From: Polyangiaceae bacterium
GTDB lineage: Bacteria > Myxococcota_A > Polyangia > Polyangiales > Polyangiaceae
Length of the DNA: 64,000 nucleotides
Direction: 5' to 3'
NCBI GenBank assembly: GCA_044376115.1
Contig: JBILLK010000025.1
Span: 64,001 to 128,000 of the forward strand
The position numbers and the translations under genes are program-made. This document shows, in pieces, positions 23,713 to 33,424 of this stretch. Under the pieces are notes generated by a model that was not told where the DNA came from, did no database searches, and saw only the letters and a list, made by a program, of their open reading frames with translations. Each line of letters opens with the position of its first letter. The first letter of the stretch is position 1.

Positions 23713-24822
23713 CTAGTCTCGGACCTCGGCCTTGAGGCCGGCGAGCAGCTCGCTCGGGTACTCGAAGAAGACGGGGATGCGGGCGCACCACGTCAATTCC
23801 AAGAGGCCCTCGTCGGGACGAAGGTGGAGCGTGCGCAGTTCGAGCGCGGCGCCATACCGGCCTGCGCCGGGCAGCGCGACTTCCACCGCTCGCGGTCCGG
23901 CCGGTACACGAAACGTGACCTCGCCGCCGCCGGGGAACAGATTGCGCGCCACACAACGATCTCCGACGCTCACGGCGCCGCAGAGCCCAGGCGCCGCAGC
24001 GCTTGCGACGCGCGGGTCCACGTCGCCTCGCGACCACGCTGTTGACGGAGTACCAAGCCAACCTCTGCGAGCCTCGAGCGGCTGGGCATCCTTCGGCATG
24101 ACGTACGGGTGGAGGAACTGAGCGCGGGGGAACTCGAACAGATCCACCGGGCCGTAGTCGGCGGCGATGGGCGCATCGAGCCAGGCGCGCACGTCGCTGA
24201 CCGCGAGCCGTTCGGGCAGCACCGGGTCGTTCGGATCTTCCTGCGAGGGCGCGAGGCGACCGTTGAGTAGCTGCGCCGTGGCTTCATTGCAGAAGCCGCG
24301 GCCCGCAGCGTTGCGCGGGTAGAAGGCCTCGTCTTCAGGGGTGCCCGCGCGCGCGTTTGCACCGAAGGCGCCGCGCTTTGCGCGTGGGCGTGGCAACGAG
24401 CCGCCGTAGGCGTTGGCCTTCGATAGCGGCGAGCGATCGAACGGCTCGGCGTTGGAGTACCCGAGCGCGCTGCCGGAGAACTCGATGCGTCGCGCACCGT
24501 GCACCCGCACGCTGCGTGCGAGCGAGCCCACCGTTAACGAGGTGTCAGCGAAGGACGCCTCCGCCCCGGGGTAGGCCGACCCGCTGAGGAAGACGTCACA
24601 ACTCTCGCGCGCCGCAGCCGTCAGCTCCGACTCTTCGACCAAGAGCTCGCCTTGGTAACGTCGGTCGCTCAGGATCGCGAGCGCCCGCGGCTGCTCGGGC
24701 TTGGGCCTGCCGAGCAAGAGATGAGCCTCTTTCACCAGCACACAAAGCCACGAGTCAGGCCCCAGGCCGAGGCTGCGAAAGGCTTGAACTTGCGCAGTGC
24801 GCGTCGTCTCGAGCGGCGTCAT
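23713..24822 (-). CDS. DUF2169 family T6SS accessory protein (divergent)
   Basis: DVFLSGSAY, SVRVHGAR, NAYGG, NAAGRGF, AAAPGL and LRTLHLRPDEGLLELTW motifs; in a vgrG operon. Confidence 0.8.
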   Translation of the reverse strand: MTPLETTRTAQVQAFRSLGLGPDSWLCVLVKEAHLLLGRPKPEQPRALAILSDRRYQGELLVEESELTAAARESCDVFLSGSAYPGAEASFADTSLTVGSLARSVRVHGARRIEFSGSALGYSNAEPFDRSPLSKANAYGGSLPRPRAKRGAFGANARAGTPEDEAFYPRNAAGRGFCNEATAQLLNGRLAPSQEDPNDPVLPERLAVSDVRAWLDAPIAADYGPVDLFEFPRAQFLHPYVMPKDAQPLEARRGWLGTPSTAWSRGDVDPRVASAAAPGLCGAVSVGDRCVARNLFPGGGEVTFRVPAGPRAVEVALPGAGRYGAALELRTLHLRPDEGLLELTWCARIPVFFEYPSELLAGLKAEVRD

Positions 24823-25514
24823 TGGGCGTCTCCGTCGACCATCTGTTTGACGAACTTGGCGACGGGTTTGGTCGACCAATCTTCGATCAGCGGAACGACA
24901 TCTGGTAAGCGGCGCCAGGTCTGCTTCAGCGCATCTGGTACGATCTCTTGGAGCAGCTCATTGCGTAGCTTGCCGCCTCCCTTCTCGAATAGTTTCCCAA
25001 GTCCAAGGCCCATAAACTTGTCGAGCAATCCTGAATAGAAAGCGGCTTTGAAGTCGCCCGCGGTGGGTGAGGTCACCACCGAATTGAGATTGACCACCAG
25101 ATTGATCTCGAGATCGATCGGGTCGGAACAGTTCTGATTGGTCGAGAACATGTTGGTGACGCAGCAGGCGAGCGGGTTCCCGTCGCTCGTCACGCTCATC
25201 ACCGCCATCTGACACTTCGACCCAGAGGTCAGGATGATCTTGCCCAATGCGGCTCCTTCCCCCGCTCCGGGCGGCGGGACCGGTACTGGAAAGTGGAATA
25301 TTCTGTAAAAGTCATACCCCTGTTGCATCATCGACCAATTGTCGGAGGTGACCTTGTCCGCCTTCTTCCACAGCGTGGCGAGTGGCCGGAAGAAGTCGTA
25401 TTGGCCCGAGGCGTGGGGGTGCATCGACATGGGAACTGCGGGCGCAGCGACGTACTCATGCAGCTCCAGCCCGTTGAGGTGGATTCCCGACGTATTGTAG
25501 AAGTTGCTGCTCAT
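24819..25514 (-). CDS. Hypothetical protein, possibly a divergent PAAR-like spike-tip or cargo protein
   Basis: GLELH, HPH, PVPVPPP, GSKCQMAVMSVTSDGNPLACC; ATGA-coupled between two DUF2169 genes; more AT-rich than its neighbours. Confidence 0.5.
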   Translation of the reverse strand: MSSNFYNTSGIHLNGLELHEYVAAPAVPMSMHPHASGQYDFFRPLATLWKKADKVTSDNWSMMQQGYDFYRIFHFPVPVPPPGAGEGAALGKIILTSGSKCQMAVMSVTSDGNPLACCVTNMFSTNQNCSDPIDLEINLVVNLNSVVTSPTAGDFKAAFYSGLLDKFMGLGLGKLFEKGGGKLRNELLQEIVPDALKQTWRRLPDVVPLIEDWSTKPVAKFVKQMVDGDAQ

Positions 25515-26530
25515 CGTTTTTCTCCAAGCACGGCCGCGCGAGGTAGTTCCTCGCCGGGCATCAAGATGGCGTGTTGAACCAGCAGGTGAAGCACCCCTTG
25601 TTCAGCCTCGAGGTGAGCGGCGCGGAAGCGCGTCCCCGACGCGCCTCGGCCGCGAGCGTCCCAGCGGACGAAGGAGCGCGGCTGCGGCAACCTGAGCTGC
25701 ACGCTGCCGGCCAGCAGCCCATCGACGCGCAGCTCTGTACCGGCCGCGAGGTCGTCGAAGATGCAGTGCAGCGAACCCGCATGAAAGCCGACGAACGGGC
25801 TGCGATGGCAGGCCCTTCCGAGGTCGGTGCGCGCATCGAGCGGGTTGCGCCAGCGCATGCTCGCGAGCTCCGGGCACGGCGCGAGGTTGCCCGGGATCGG
25901 ACGCGCCAACGGGTGCAGCAGCTGGTCGTGCAAGAGCTCGATGCGCGGGAGCGCTTTGCCCTCGGCGCGGCGCTCTTCGGTCATGAAGCCAGTGCCGCCG
26001 GGGTTGTAGGCGTCCATCGAGTCGTAGCCCGGATGCGGGAGGCGCGTACGCGGCTCGATCCCCGGCGGCGTATGCTCGGTGCCGCCGAACGAGTCCTCCC
26101 AACGCAACGCAAACGGCTCGAAGGCGGTGGCTTGGCTGGGTACGAAGCCGGCCGGGCCGCGCAGCCAATGACGCGCCGAGCGACACACGAGCTCGACCTG
26201 CTCGCGGCCGACGCGCAGGGTGACGCGACGAGCCAGTTCGCCGCGCAGCGTGCCGTGTACGAGCCCGTTCACGGTCACGCTGGTGCCGTTGGTTGCGGTG
26301 GCCGCAAAGGCGCGCTCGAGCTCCGCCGGCAGCGGCACTTCGACCGGTACCAGCGTGTCCCGCTCGAGGCGGTAGGCCTCGTGCACACAGAGCGTGGCAA
26401 AGCGCTGGACGCGTTCGGGCGCGGGCTGCGGCTCGAAGCGAAGGGGAAACGAGACGCCGGCGTTCTCTTCGAGCGCGGCACGGCCGAGGTGAACTCGTAA
26501 CTTGGTTTCGTTGTGAACGAACATCTTCAT
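25511..26530 (-). CDS. DUF2169 family T6SS accessory protein (divergent)
   Basis: PFALRWEDSFGG, NPGGTGF, EGKALPRIE and AAHLEAEQGVLHLL motifs; in a vgrG operon. Confidence 0.7.
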   Translation of the reverse strand: MKMFVHNETKLRVHLGRAALEENAGVSFPLRFEPQPAPERVQRFATLCVHEAYRLERDTLVPVEVPLPAELERAFAATATNGTSVTVNGLVHGTLRGELARRVTLRVGREQVELVCRSARHWLRGPAGFVPSQATAFEPFALRWEDSFGGTEHTPPGIEPRTRLPHPGYDSMDAYNPGGTGFMTEERRAEGKALPRIELLHDQLLHPLARPIPGNLAPCPELASMRWRNPLDARTDLGRACHRSPFVGFHAGSLHCIFDDLAAGTELRVDGLLAGSVQLRLPQPRSFVRWDARGRGASGTRFRAAHLEAEQGVLHLLVQHAILMPGEELPRAAVLGEKR

Positions 26531-27060
26531 GCCTCGCTTTCGGTTGCACGGGCCGCGGTGGTCCAAGGCAGCGGACCAGGGCAAGGATCGTCGTTGAGCC
26601 CGATGTGTTCGGCGTCGACGCGCACGTCGCTGCGGGCTCGCAGCACGATCTCGCCCTCGTTCGCCTGCGACTCGATGGTGTTGGCCTCGCTGCGGTCGGT
26701 CCCGCGCACGGTGGTGTGACGGTCCCCGCCGATCACCGCTCGCAGATCGCCGGCGGCGCCTAGCTCGAGGTTGCCGTGGCTTTTGACGCTCACGTGATCG
26801 GCCGCGAGCGAGAGCGAGCGCGTGCCCACGAGCTCGAGCTCCGCCGCTTCAAAGCGCAGCTTGGCGCCATCGCGGCCGAGCGAGATCGAGAGTTCGATCT
26901 GACCCTCGCGCGAGCGGACGCGGAGTACGTCGCCTTCCGTCGTCGAGCCTACGCTGAGCCGCCGACCGTGCGCCAAGAGCAGCGTGCTCTCTTCCTCCTG
27001 TGCCGGCTCTTCGGTTAGCAACTCGAGCGAGGTGCTGGACGTGCCTTGAGGTTGCATCAT
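26527..27060 (-). CDS. Hypothetical beta-rich spike-associated protein
   Basis: Short beta-strand repeats ending in VRVDAEHIGLN, similar to VgrG/gp5 C-termini; ATGA-coupled in the vgrG operon. Confidence 0.5.
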   Translation of the reverse strand: MMQPQGTSSTSLELLTEEPAQEEESTLLLAHGRRLSVGSTTEGDVLRVRSREGQIELSISLGRDGAKLRFEAAELELVGTRSLSLAADHVSVKSHGNLELGAAGDLRAVIGGDRHTTVRGTDRSEANTIESQANEGEIVLRARSDVRVDAEHIGLNDDPCPGPLPWTTAARATESEA

Positions 27061-27761
27061 CGGTCGGCTCCTCGTTTGGTGACGGCTTCTTCGAAGCGAA
27101 CGCGAAGTTGGGGGCTCTCCTGGAAGCGAGTGGCCCACAGCTGGGTCAACTGTTGGAAGGCCGCTTCGCTTGCAAAGCCGTGGCTTTGCAAGATGGCCAG
27201 TCGCTCGGCTGGCTTGCTGCGGAGCTGTGCTGAGAGCTCGGCGAACGGCTCCAGGCGTAAGAAGCGCAGCTCCCCAGCGGCGTTGAAGGGCATGGTCGCA
27301 TCGAGTCCGCCGACCACCGGTAAGGTCTCTCCGCTCGGGTCCACCTCGCGCGGCTCGGGCGAAGCAACGACCTTCGCGGACGCTGCCGCCTTTGCGCGAA
27401 AGGGGAGGGCAGGCTTTTGCACGTCCGGCACCGCGGCTTGACCGAACGGCAAGGCTGCGGCGCGGTTGGGCGCAGGGAGCTGCGTCTCGTCAACATTGAT
27501 GGCGCCCGGAATTGGCGCCTTGAGCTGCTCTTCGACGTTACGCGTGTGCTCGTCGGCGAGCGTTTCATCCCCGGCACTAACGCCCTTAGCGAGCGCCCGC
27601 AAATGGGCGCGTTGCGCCTGATACCAGGCCTCTTCGTCGATCTGCTCCTGCTCGAGTCGAGTCGCTCGTGCGTCTGGGGTGAGGCCAAGCATGGAGGCCG
27701 CGAGCTTGCTCCACATGGAGAAGGAGATGTCTTCCGGTCGTGAGATGGTTTGCTTGTTCAT
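27057..27761 (-). CDS. Hypothetical protein (two helical domains and a Pro-rich linker) in vgrG operon
   Basis: ORF starts 4 bp after the vgrG stop; ISFSMWSKLAASM and LRLEPFAELSAQL segments. Confidence 0.65.
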   Translation of the reverse strand: MNKQTISRPEDISFSMWSKLAASMLGLTPDARATRLEQEQIDEEAWYQAQRAHLRALAKGVSAGDETLADEHTRNVEEQLKAPIPGAINVDETQLPAPNRAAALPFGQAAVPDVQKPALPFRAKAAASAKVVASPEPREVDPSGETLPVVGGLDATMPFNAAGELRFLRLEPFAELSAQLRSKPAERLAILQSHGFASEAAFQQLTQLWATRFQESPQLRVRFEEAVTKRGADR

Positions 27762-27765
27762 GGTG

Positions 27766-30114
27766 CTACCCGTTGAGTTTGATGGCGCCAGATCGGGCGT
27801 TGAAGACCGCAGGGGCGACCAGATTGACGGTGTTGCCTTGGAGGGTCAGCGTCCCCTCCGACTCGACCCCCACGCTCTCGCCGCTGATCTCGATGGCGCT
27901 GGCATCAACCGTGATTGAGCCGGCCGTCATGCAGATCGACGCGCCGCCGACCTTGAGCCGAATCGAGCCTGGCGTGATGGTGAGGCTCGAACCGCCGACG
28001 CTCACCTTGAACAGCGCGCTGTGAATCTGCGTGCAGATCGGCGAGGTCACCAGCAGCGGCCCGCCGATGTGTTCGCTGTTGGGCCCGCTCACCACCATGT
28101 TGCGGACGCCCTGAACGTTGAGGACCTCGGAGCCCATGATGGTGGAGATGCGCCCGCTGTCGCACCACAAGGACTCGACGCCCGTGATCACGGTGGAGCG
28201 CGTTTCCCCGACAAGATGCAGCTCGCGAGCCACGTAGCTCGTGGTTGCGTCCTTCGTCACGGTGACGTCCTCGGTGCCCGAGATGGCGTGCGTCCTGTTT
28301 CCCTTGACGGTGTTGCTTTGATCGCCGTCCACAGCGTCGGATTGGTTGCCGCCGACCGAGTTGCTTTGGTTGCCGCCGACCGACGTCGAGTGGTTGGCCA
28401 GCACCACCTCGTTCAAATTGCGTTGGGCATGGATGAAGACCTCCTCTTTGCCCGCGTCGTCATCGAAGCGAAGCTCATTGAAGCCGTCGCTGTTGGGGCT
28501 CGACTTGGTTTTGATCGTGCTGATCGTCGGCTTGTCGTACTCGACGGGTTGAATCGCGTTGTGCACGCGCCCAACCACCAGCGGCCGATCCGGATCGCCA
28601 TTCATGTACGCGACCAGCACCTCCTGGCCGACGCGCGGAGTGAAGATGTGCCCGTAGCCTGCGCCGGCCCACGCTTGGGAGACGCGGACCCAGGTGGAGG
28701 ACGGTCGACCAGGCTCGACCCGTTCATCCCAGGGGAAGCGGAGGCGCACGTCCCCTCGTTCATTGCGATGGATCTCCGGCGGGCTGCTCGCCTCTTCGGC
28801 CGAAACGACGGCCGTGTGAACGCCGTCGATGCGTGGACGCGGGGTGCGCAGCTCGGGCCGAAAGGTGAGCTCGGCCGGCAATAGCTCGAGCGCGTTCTCG
28901 TAGATGGGCGCGTCGTGCTTGCGACCAAAAAGCCCAAACGGCTCGAAGTCTAGGCTGGTTTCCTCCGGTAGGAGCTGGGTCGCGAAGGTCGAAACGGCGA
29001 TGCACACGAGCTCTTGTTCGCTGTGAACACCGCTGTCATCGCGGAGTTGGAAGCGCAGGCCAGCGACGAGCGCGCGGTGCGTACCGATGGCCTCCTGCAT
29101 GGAGCGTTGCACCGCCTTTCGTTGTTGAGCGAGAGCGGCCGGCGTGACGCACGGAGGGCTCACCGCTTCGTCGCGCGACGGATAACGACGCTCGAGGAAG
29201 ACGCTTTGGTCGGGTTCGGTCTCACCGCCGGTGAGCGGCGTATCCAGCCCGAGTCCGAGCTGCGGCGCTTGCGGCCGCGCCGGATCGAAGTCGCGCACCT
29301 CGACCGAACCCCACTGCAGCGAGGCCCGGCGTTTCAGCGCCCGTACGCACTCGCGACTCTTCGCCCCGACGCCTTTGAACGAGTGGCGGAAAGGCACAAC
29401 GTCCTCTCCCTCGAACGCCGACGGGGAGCCCGGCAAGTCGGTGATGCGCAGCGTGCTCGCCCCTGGCTCCTGGTCGATGACGAAGGAGAGTCCTTCTTCC
29501 TCGAGCAAGCGGTTCAGGAACGCGAAGTCCGATTCGTTGTATTGCACCGTGTAGGCGCGCAGCTGCGGGTCCTGCAAGCGCGCGGTATCCGCGACGTCGA
29601 TTCGATAGCGCTCCTCCGGCGGCTCGTAGTGATCCCACGCAAGGTTGCCCTGGCCCGACGCTCCCTTCGAACTCAGCCCGCCGCGTCCGAGCGGCTCGTC
29701 GTGCGAGCGATTCTCGAGCACGTGAGCGAGGATGTCGCCCAGCGTTTGATCGACGAAGGTGCGGCTGCGAAGCCGCTGTGTTGCGCGGAAGAAGGCCGGC
29801 ACCAGGCGCACGCCGTAAAGAGCGAGCTCGCTGGTGCGGTCCAGCTCTTCCACCGACGCGACGATGCCGTGCACCTCGCGCCAACGCGTCTCGGTGGCGA
29901 TGCGCAAGGTGGCTGGCCCGTTCAACAGCGAATAAGCGGTGAAGGGCCCTTCATCGACCAGGCGACGAAGCACGATCTCGTAGCAGAACAGTTCGCCGAT
30001 GGCCTCTCGAGACCGCCAGCGTACGACCTGCGGTCCCGCCCAGCCCTCGAGCGGAGTTCCCAATACATAGTCCGGGCGATTGCCTCGGAGCGCGGCTTGG
30101 AGTTCGTTCGACAT
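27766..30114 (-). CDS. vgrG: Type VI secretion tip protein VgrG
   Basis: VQYNESDFAFLNRLLEEEG, WVRVSQAWAGAGYG, PRVGQEVLV, GDPDRPLVVG, NELRFDDDAGKEEVFIHAQRN and gp5-like VGGNQS repeats. Confidence 0.95.
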   Translation of the reverse strand: MSNELQAALRGNRPDYVLGTPLEGWAGPQVVRWRSREAIGELFCYEIVLRRLVDEGPFTAYSLLNGPATLRIATETRWREVHGIVASVEELDRTSELALYGVRLVPAFFRATQRLRSRTFVDQTLGDILAHVLENRSHDEPLGRGGLSSKGASGQGNLAWDHYEPPEERYRIDVADTARLQDPQLRAYTVQYNESDFAFLNRLLEEEGLSFVIDQEPGASTLRITDLPGSPSAFEGEDVVPFRHSFKGVGAKSRECVRALKRRASLQWGSVEVRDFDPARPQAPQLGLGLDTPLTGGETEPDQSVFLERRYPSRDEAVSPPCVTPAALAQQRKAVQRSMQEAIGTHRALVAGLRFQLRDDSGVHSEQELVCIAVSTFATQLLPEETSLDFEPFGLFGRKHDAPIYENALELLPAELTFRPELRTPRPRIDGVHTAVVSAEEASSPPEIHRNERGDVRLRFPWDERVEPGRPSSTWVRVSQAWAGAGYGHIFTPRVGQEVLVAYMNGDPDRPLVVGRVHNAIQPVEYDKPTISTIKTKSSPNSDGFNELRFDDDAGKEEVFIHAQRNLNEVVLANHSTSVGGNQSNSVGGNQSDAVDGDQSNTVKGNRTHAISGTEDVTVTKDATTSYVARELHLVGETRSTVITGVESLWCDSGRISTIMGSEVLNVQGVRNMVVSGPNSEHIGGPLLVTSPICTQIHSALFKVSVGGSSLTITPGSIRLKVGGASICMTAGSITVDASAIEISGESVGVESEGTLTLQGNTVNLVAPAVFNARSGAIKLNG

Positions 30115-30218
30115 GCAACCTCTCTTGAGGTCCGCGAACGGCCGCGTTCCTCAAAAGGGATATCGAGTCGAGGTCGAAAACGTGGACAGCAAAAGTTTGG
30201 CTCGCACCAATTCGCTGC

Positions 30219-30902
30219 TCAGTTGTAAACGCGCAGGACCTTCCCGTTGGCCGCGTAACTTACGTAGCCCGAGCGTCGGGGGGCATCGACGTATACGTTG
30301 ACAACCAGTCCGTCGCCAGGGATCAGGTTATTGTGGATGACAACGTGCGTGACGGTTGCGCCTTCGACTTGGCTGTTGCGAGGAGCGGCATCAATCATGC
30401 CCTTGAGCGCCGCCAGGTTGATGTCCTGCTCCAAGTCGAAGGTCGTGTTGCGCAGCTTCTCGAGGGTTGGTTTGCTGCTGAACTTGATGGGCGCTGGCTC
30501 AGCGAATCGATGGCCATTCAGCCAGTACTCGTCCAAGTTGAGGGGCTCGCGAGGATCCTGAAGTTGAAATCGGGCGCTGTGCGGCCTGAACGAGAACCTC
30601 GTGACGCGGCAAGGCTTGCAGCCGGTCTTTTCGCGCAGGCGGGTAAGGATATCTTGCGGCGTTGCTAGGTAATTCACAGGCGGCGGGAGCTCTGTCGCCG
30701 GGAACGCGCTCGGGCTGGTTGTGGGCTCTGGCGCTTGGGCCGTGGGCTCACGTTTGGTGCTACGACGAGGCTCGTCGCTCTCGTCACGCTCGTGGGTTTC
30801 GGCGCTACGACGCTCGGACTTGGCACGCTTGATCCAAGCGTCGAGATCGCAGCCGAGGGTCAATAAGGGAAGGGCGAGGATCAGTGCAGCGGCTCGGTTC
30901 AT
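30219..30902 (-). CDS. Hypothetical lipoprotein
   Basis: MNRAAALILALPLLTLGC lipobox, linker, globular C-terminus. Confidence 0.65.
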   Translation of the reverse strand: MNRAAALILALPLLTLGCDLDAWIKRAKSERRSAETHERDESDEPRRSTKREPTAQAPEPTTSPSAFPATELPPPVNYLATPQDILTRLREKTGCKPCRVTRFSFRPHSARFQLQDPREPLNLDEYWLNGHRFAEPAPIKFSSKPTLEKLRNTTFDLEQDINLAALKGMIDAAPRNSQVEGATVTHVVIHNNLIPGDGLVVNVYVDAPRRSGYVSYAANGKVLRVYN

Positions 30903-30991
30903 GGTCTTGCTCCCAGGGGTCGAAATTGACCGGAGGTGGTTGGGGTCAAGGAGATATCGGCGCCCCACGCCAACCATGGACAGGCATCGAA

Positions 30992-31213
30992 CCGCTGTGC
31001 GAGGGTCAGGCGCGACATTGCGCCGAGTCTCGCGGTGACAGCGGGCGATGTGTCGCAGCGAGCCGGGCACGCGGCCGCTGTGCGAGGGTCAGGCGCGATA
31101 TTGCGCCGAGTCTCGAGGTGATAGCGTGCGATGTGTCGCAGCGAGCCGGGCAAGCGGCCGCTAGGCGAGGGTCAGGCGCGACATTGCGCCGAGTCTCGCG
31201 GTGACAGCGTGCG
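30992..31213. repeat. Intergenic tandem repeat, 83-bp unit x about 2.7, with internal palindrome
   Basis: CCGCTGTGCGAGGGTCAGGCGCGACATTGCGCCGAGTCTCGCGGTGACAGC... starts at 30992, 31075 and 31158. Confidence 0.9.
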
Positions 31214-31337
31214 GTCCATTCGCGATCTACGCTCCGCCACACCGCGAAAAACTGTCCATCTTCGACGTGAGCCGCCGATAACTGGTTGTGGCTGCTAAAC
31301 ACGCGGTGGTTCTTCCAAGCTTCGAGTCGGGTGAGAA

Positions 31338-32135
31338 ATGGCCAAGCGAGTAGCGAACGTTGCCTTCTTGATCGCAGTCTGCAGCTTGTACCTGCTCGTG
31401 GTCGTGGCTGGCTTCGAGCCGTTCGAGCTGGACGAGGAGGCGATGCCGTACGCCGTCTGGCTCGGAATCATCGGCCCGATCATGGTCGGTGTGATCGCTT
31501 CCGCGCTGGAGAGTGATGTAAGGCGTGGGCAGGCAAAGGCGGCCTTCATGGCCTTCGGCGCGCAGCGAGGGCTTGCTCCCGAGATGCACTACGGGATCGG
31601 CGGCGTGGTGGGCGAGCTGCGGGTGCGCTTCGAGCTGCAGTTCGTGGGGCGCCGCCATAACCACACTCCTTCGAGTCCAACCCACTTGGTCTTCTCTGCC
31701 TATGGACCGCACTCGGCACATTGGCCCGCGGAGACGAGCGTGATCTTCGACAGCTCCGGCCCGGGCTGGGACCAGGACCTCCCCACCGCGGTCTCCCCGC
31801 AGTTCGATGGGCCCCGCTTCACACGCACCCGTTTTCCGGTGCCGGCGGTGAGCGCGGTGGGGCAACGGTTGGACGGGCCTCACTACCAAGCGTTGCCGCA
31901 CCATCGGCGCCTGGGCTACCTCCCGCTGCACCCCGAGCTTCAGGCTCGGCTACTGCAGCGCGATTGGATCGTGTCGGTGTACGCCGGGCGCATCCAACTG
32001 CGGGGCAAGATCAGCGAGGATTGCGCCTTGGACTACGAGCAGGCGCTGGCGCTTTGCGAGCTGATTTCGGGGCATATGGCGACGTGGGCGGCCTTGGTTC
32101 GAGAGGCTCAGGCTGGTGCGACTCAAGCGACGTAG
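31338..32135 (+). CDS. Hypothetical membrane protein
   Basis: Two N-terminal TM helices followed by a soluble domain. Confidence 0.6.
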   Translation: MAKRVANVAFLIAVCSLYLLVVVAGFEPFELDEEAMPYAVWLGIIGPIMVGVIASALESDVRRGQAKAAFMAFGAQRGLAPEMHYGIGGVVGELRVRFELQFVGRRHNHTPSSPTHLVFSAYGPHSAHWPAETSVIFDSSGPGWDQDLPTAVSPQFDGPRFTRTRFPVPAVSAVGQRLDGPHYQALPHHRRLGYLPLHPELQARLLQRDWIVSVYAGRIQLRGKISEDCALDYEQALALCELISGHMATWAALVREAQAGATQAT

Positions 32136-32212
32136 CCGCCTTCGCCCGCTCATCCCCACATCGAGCGGCCTTTACTCCCGAAGGTCCGGTTGGACGTACT
32201 AAGCTCGCCCGG

Positions 32213-33361
32213 GTGAGGCGAGCTTTCGCGACCGCACTGCAGCTCGCGCTCAGCGCTTGTACCCCGAGCGAGGGCGCGCCGCTCCCGCCCGTGGCTCCTG
32301 CCCCCGCCGGCGCGCCGACAGCAGCGGGCCCGCCGGACACCGACCCTGCGCCGAGCAGCCCGGGTGAGGCGCTCGAACTCGGCTTCCAAGCCTTTCTCGC
32401 CGGCGACGGAGCGCAAGCGAAGTCGCGATTCGAGGCCGCACGAAGCCTGGCGCCCGCCCCGTACGAGCCCTTCGAGAACGCCGAATGGTCGTCGACGCAG
32501 GCCTCCTCGAGCGGTCGGTTCGCGCTGATCGAGACGGGCCGCTGCACGATCGCCAACGAGCAGGGCAGCGCCAATCGTCATTGCGGAGAGATCCTCGTCG
32601 ACGTAGCGGAGCGGCGCATTCTGCAATACCTGCCGGTGCGCCCCCACGCTGCGTCCCTGCGCGGTTCGTACTTCTTGGGAGAGACGCTGGTGACCTGGAC
32701 GGCGCGCGGCGTTCGCGCCCTCCTCGAGCTGCCACAAGGTCGTGAGGTCGACGCTGTGAACGCTGAACCTCTCGCGTTGCTGAGCGGGCAACGCGCGCTG
32801 CTGGCGACCGACTCGGCGTTTCAAATTCGCGAACTTGACGAGCACCGCACCGTCGCGACGCTCGCTCCTCAGGGGACGGTTGCCTTGCGCGCCTCGGGGC
32901 TGATGACCCAGCTCGCGCTCCGCTTCGTCTCGACCCGATGGGTGATGATCGGCCTGCCGGGAGAGCTGCTCGGCCTGGACCTCACGCAGGGCGTGCAGAG
33001 CTTCTCGTTCGCCACCGACCGCGTCGATTTTCCGGTGATCGTCTCGGACGACGCGAACACGGTGACGCTCCTCGACGTGTGCGACTGGAAGCAGCGCGTC
33101 GCGCCGGTCCCTCAGGCAGGCTGCAAGCCCAAAGCGCCTTGCCCCATGACGCCTGCTTGCAGGGCCCCGCGCGACGTGCGCATCGAGCTCAACGCGGGGG
33201 CTACGACCGTCCTCCCGCGCAGTGGAGCGTCGCTGCGGAGCGATCCGGAAATGCGCTGGGTCGGGCTGCCACGCGAGGCCACGAACCTCGAGGCCTCGCT
33301 TGCTGGGATGTTCTCGATCGCGGGGGAACTCGTGGTCCCGACCGGCGCCACGACCCCGTGA
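32213..33361 (+). CDS. Hypothetical lipoprotein
   Basis: GTG start, VRRAFATALQLALSAC lipobox, Pro/Ala linker, TPR-like helix and beta-rich region. Confidence 0.55.
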   Translation: MRRAFATALQLALSACTPSEGAPLPPVAPAPAGAPTAAGPPDTDPAPSSPGEALELGFQAFLAGDGAQAKSRFEAARSLAPAPYEPFENAEWSSTQASSSGRFALIETGRCTIANEQGSANRHCGEILVDVAERRILQYLPVRPHAASLRGSYFLGETLVTWTARGVRALLELPQGREVDAVNAEPLALLSGQRALLATDSAFQIRELDEHRTVATLAPQGTVALRASGLMTQLALRFVSTRWVMIGLPGELLGLDLTQGVQSFSFATDRVDFPVIVSDDANTVTLLDVCDWKQRVAPVPQAGCKPKAPCPMTPACRAPRDVRIELNAGATTVLPRSGASLRSDPEMRWVGLPREATNLEASLAGMFSIAGELVVPTGATTP

Positions 33362-33424
33362 GTCGGGGCGGCGCACCTGCGGGCGGAACTTGTGAGCCGC
33401 TGCGAGCCCCTCGCTGAGCGCCGT

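Noticed and set aside
23713..30114. Prophage tail or complete T6SS/eCIS
   Set aside because: No sheath, tube, baseplate, capsid or integrase genes are visible; only spike and accessory genes.
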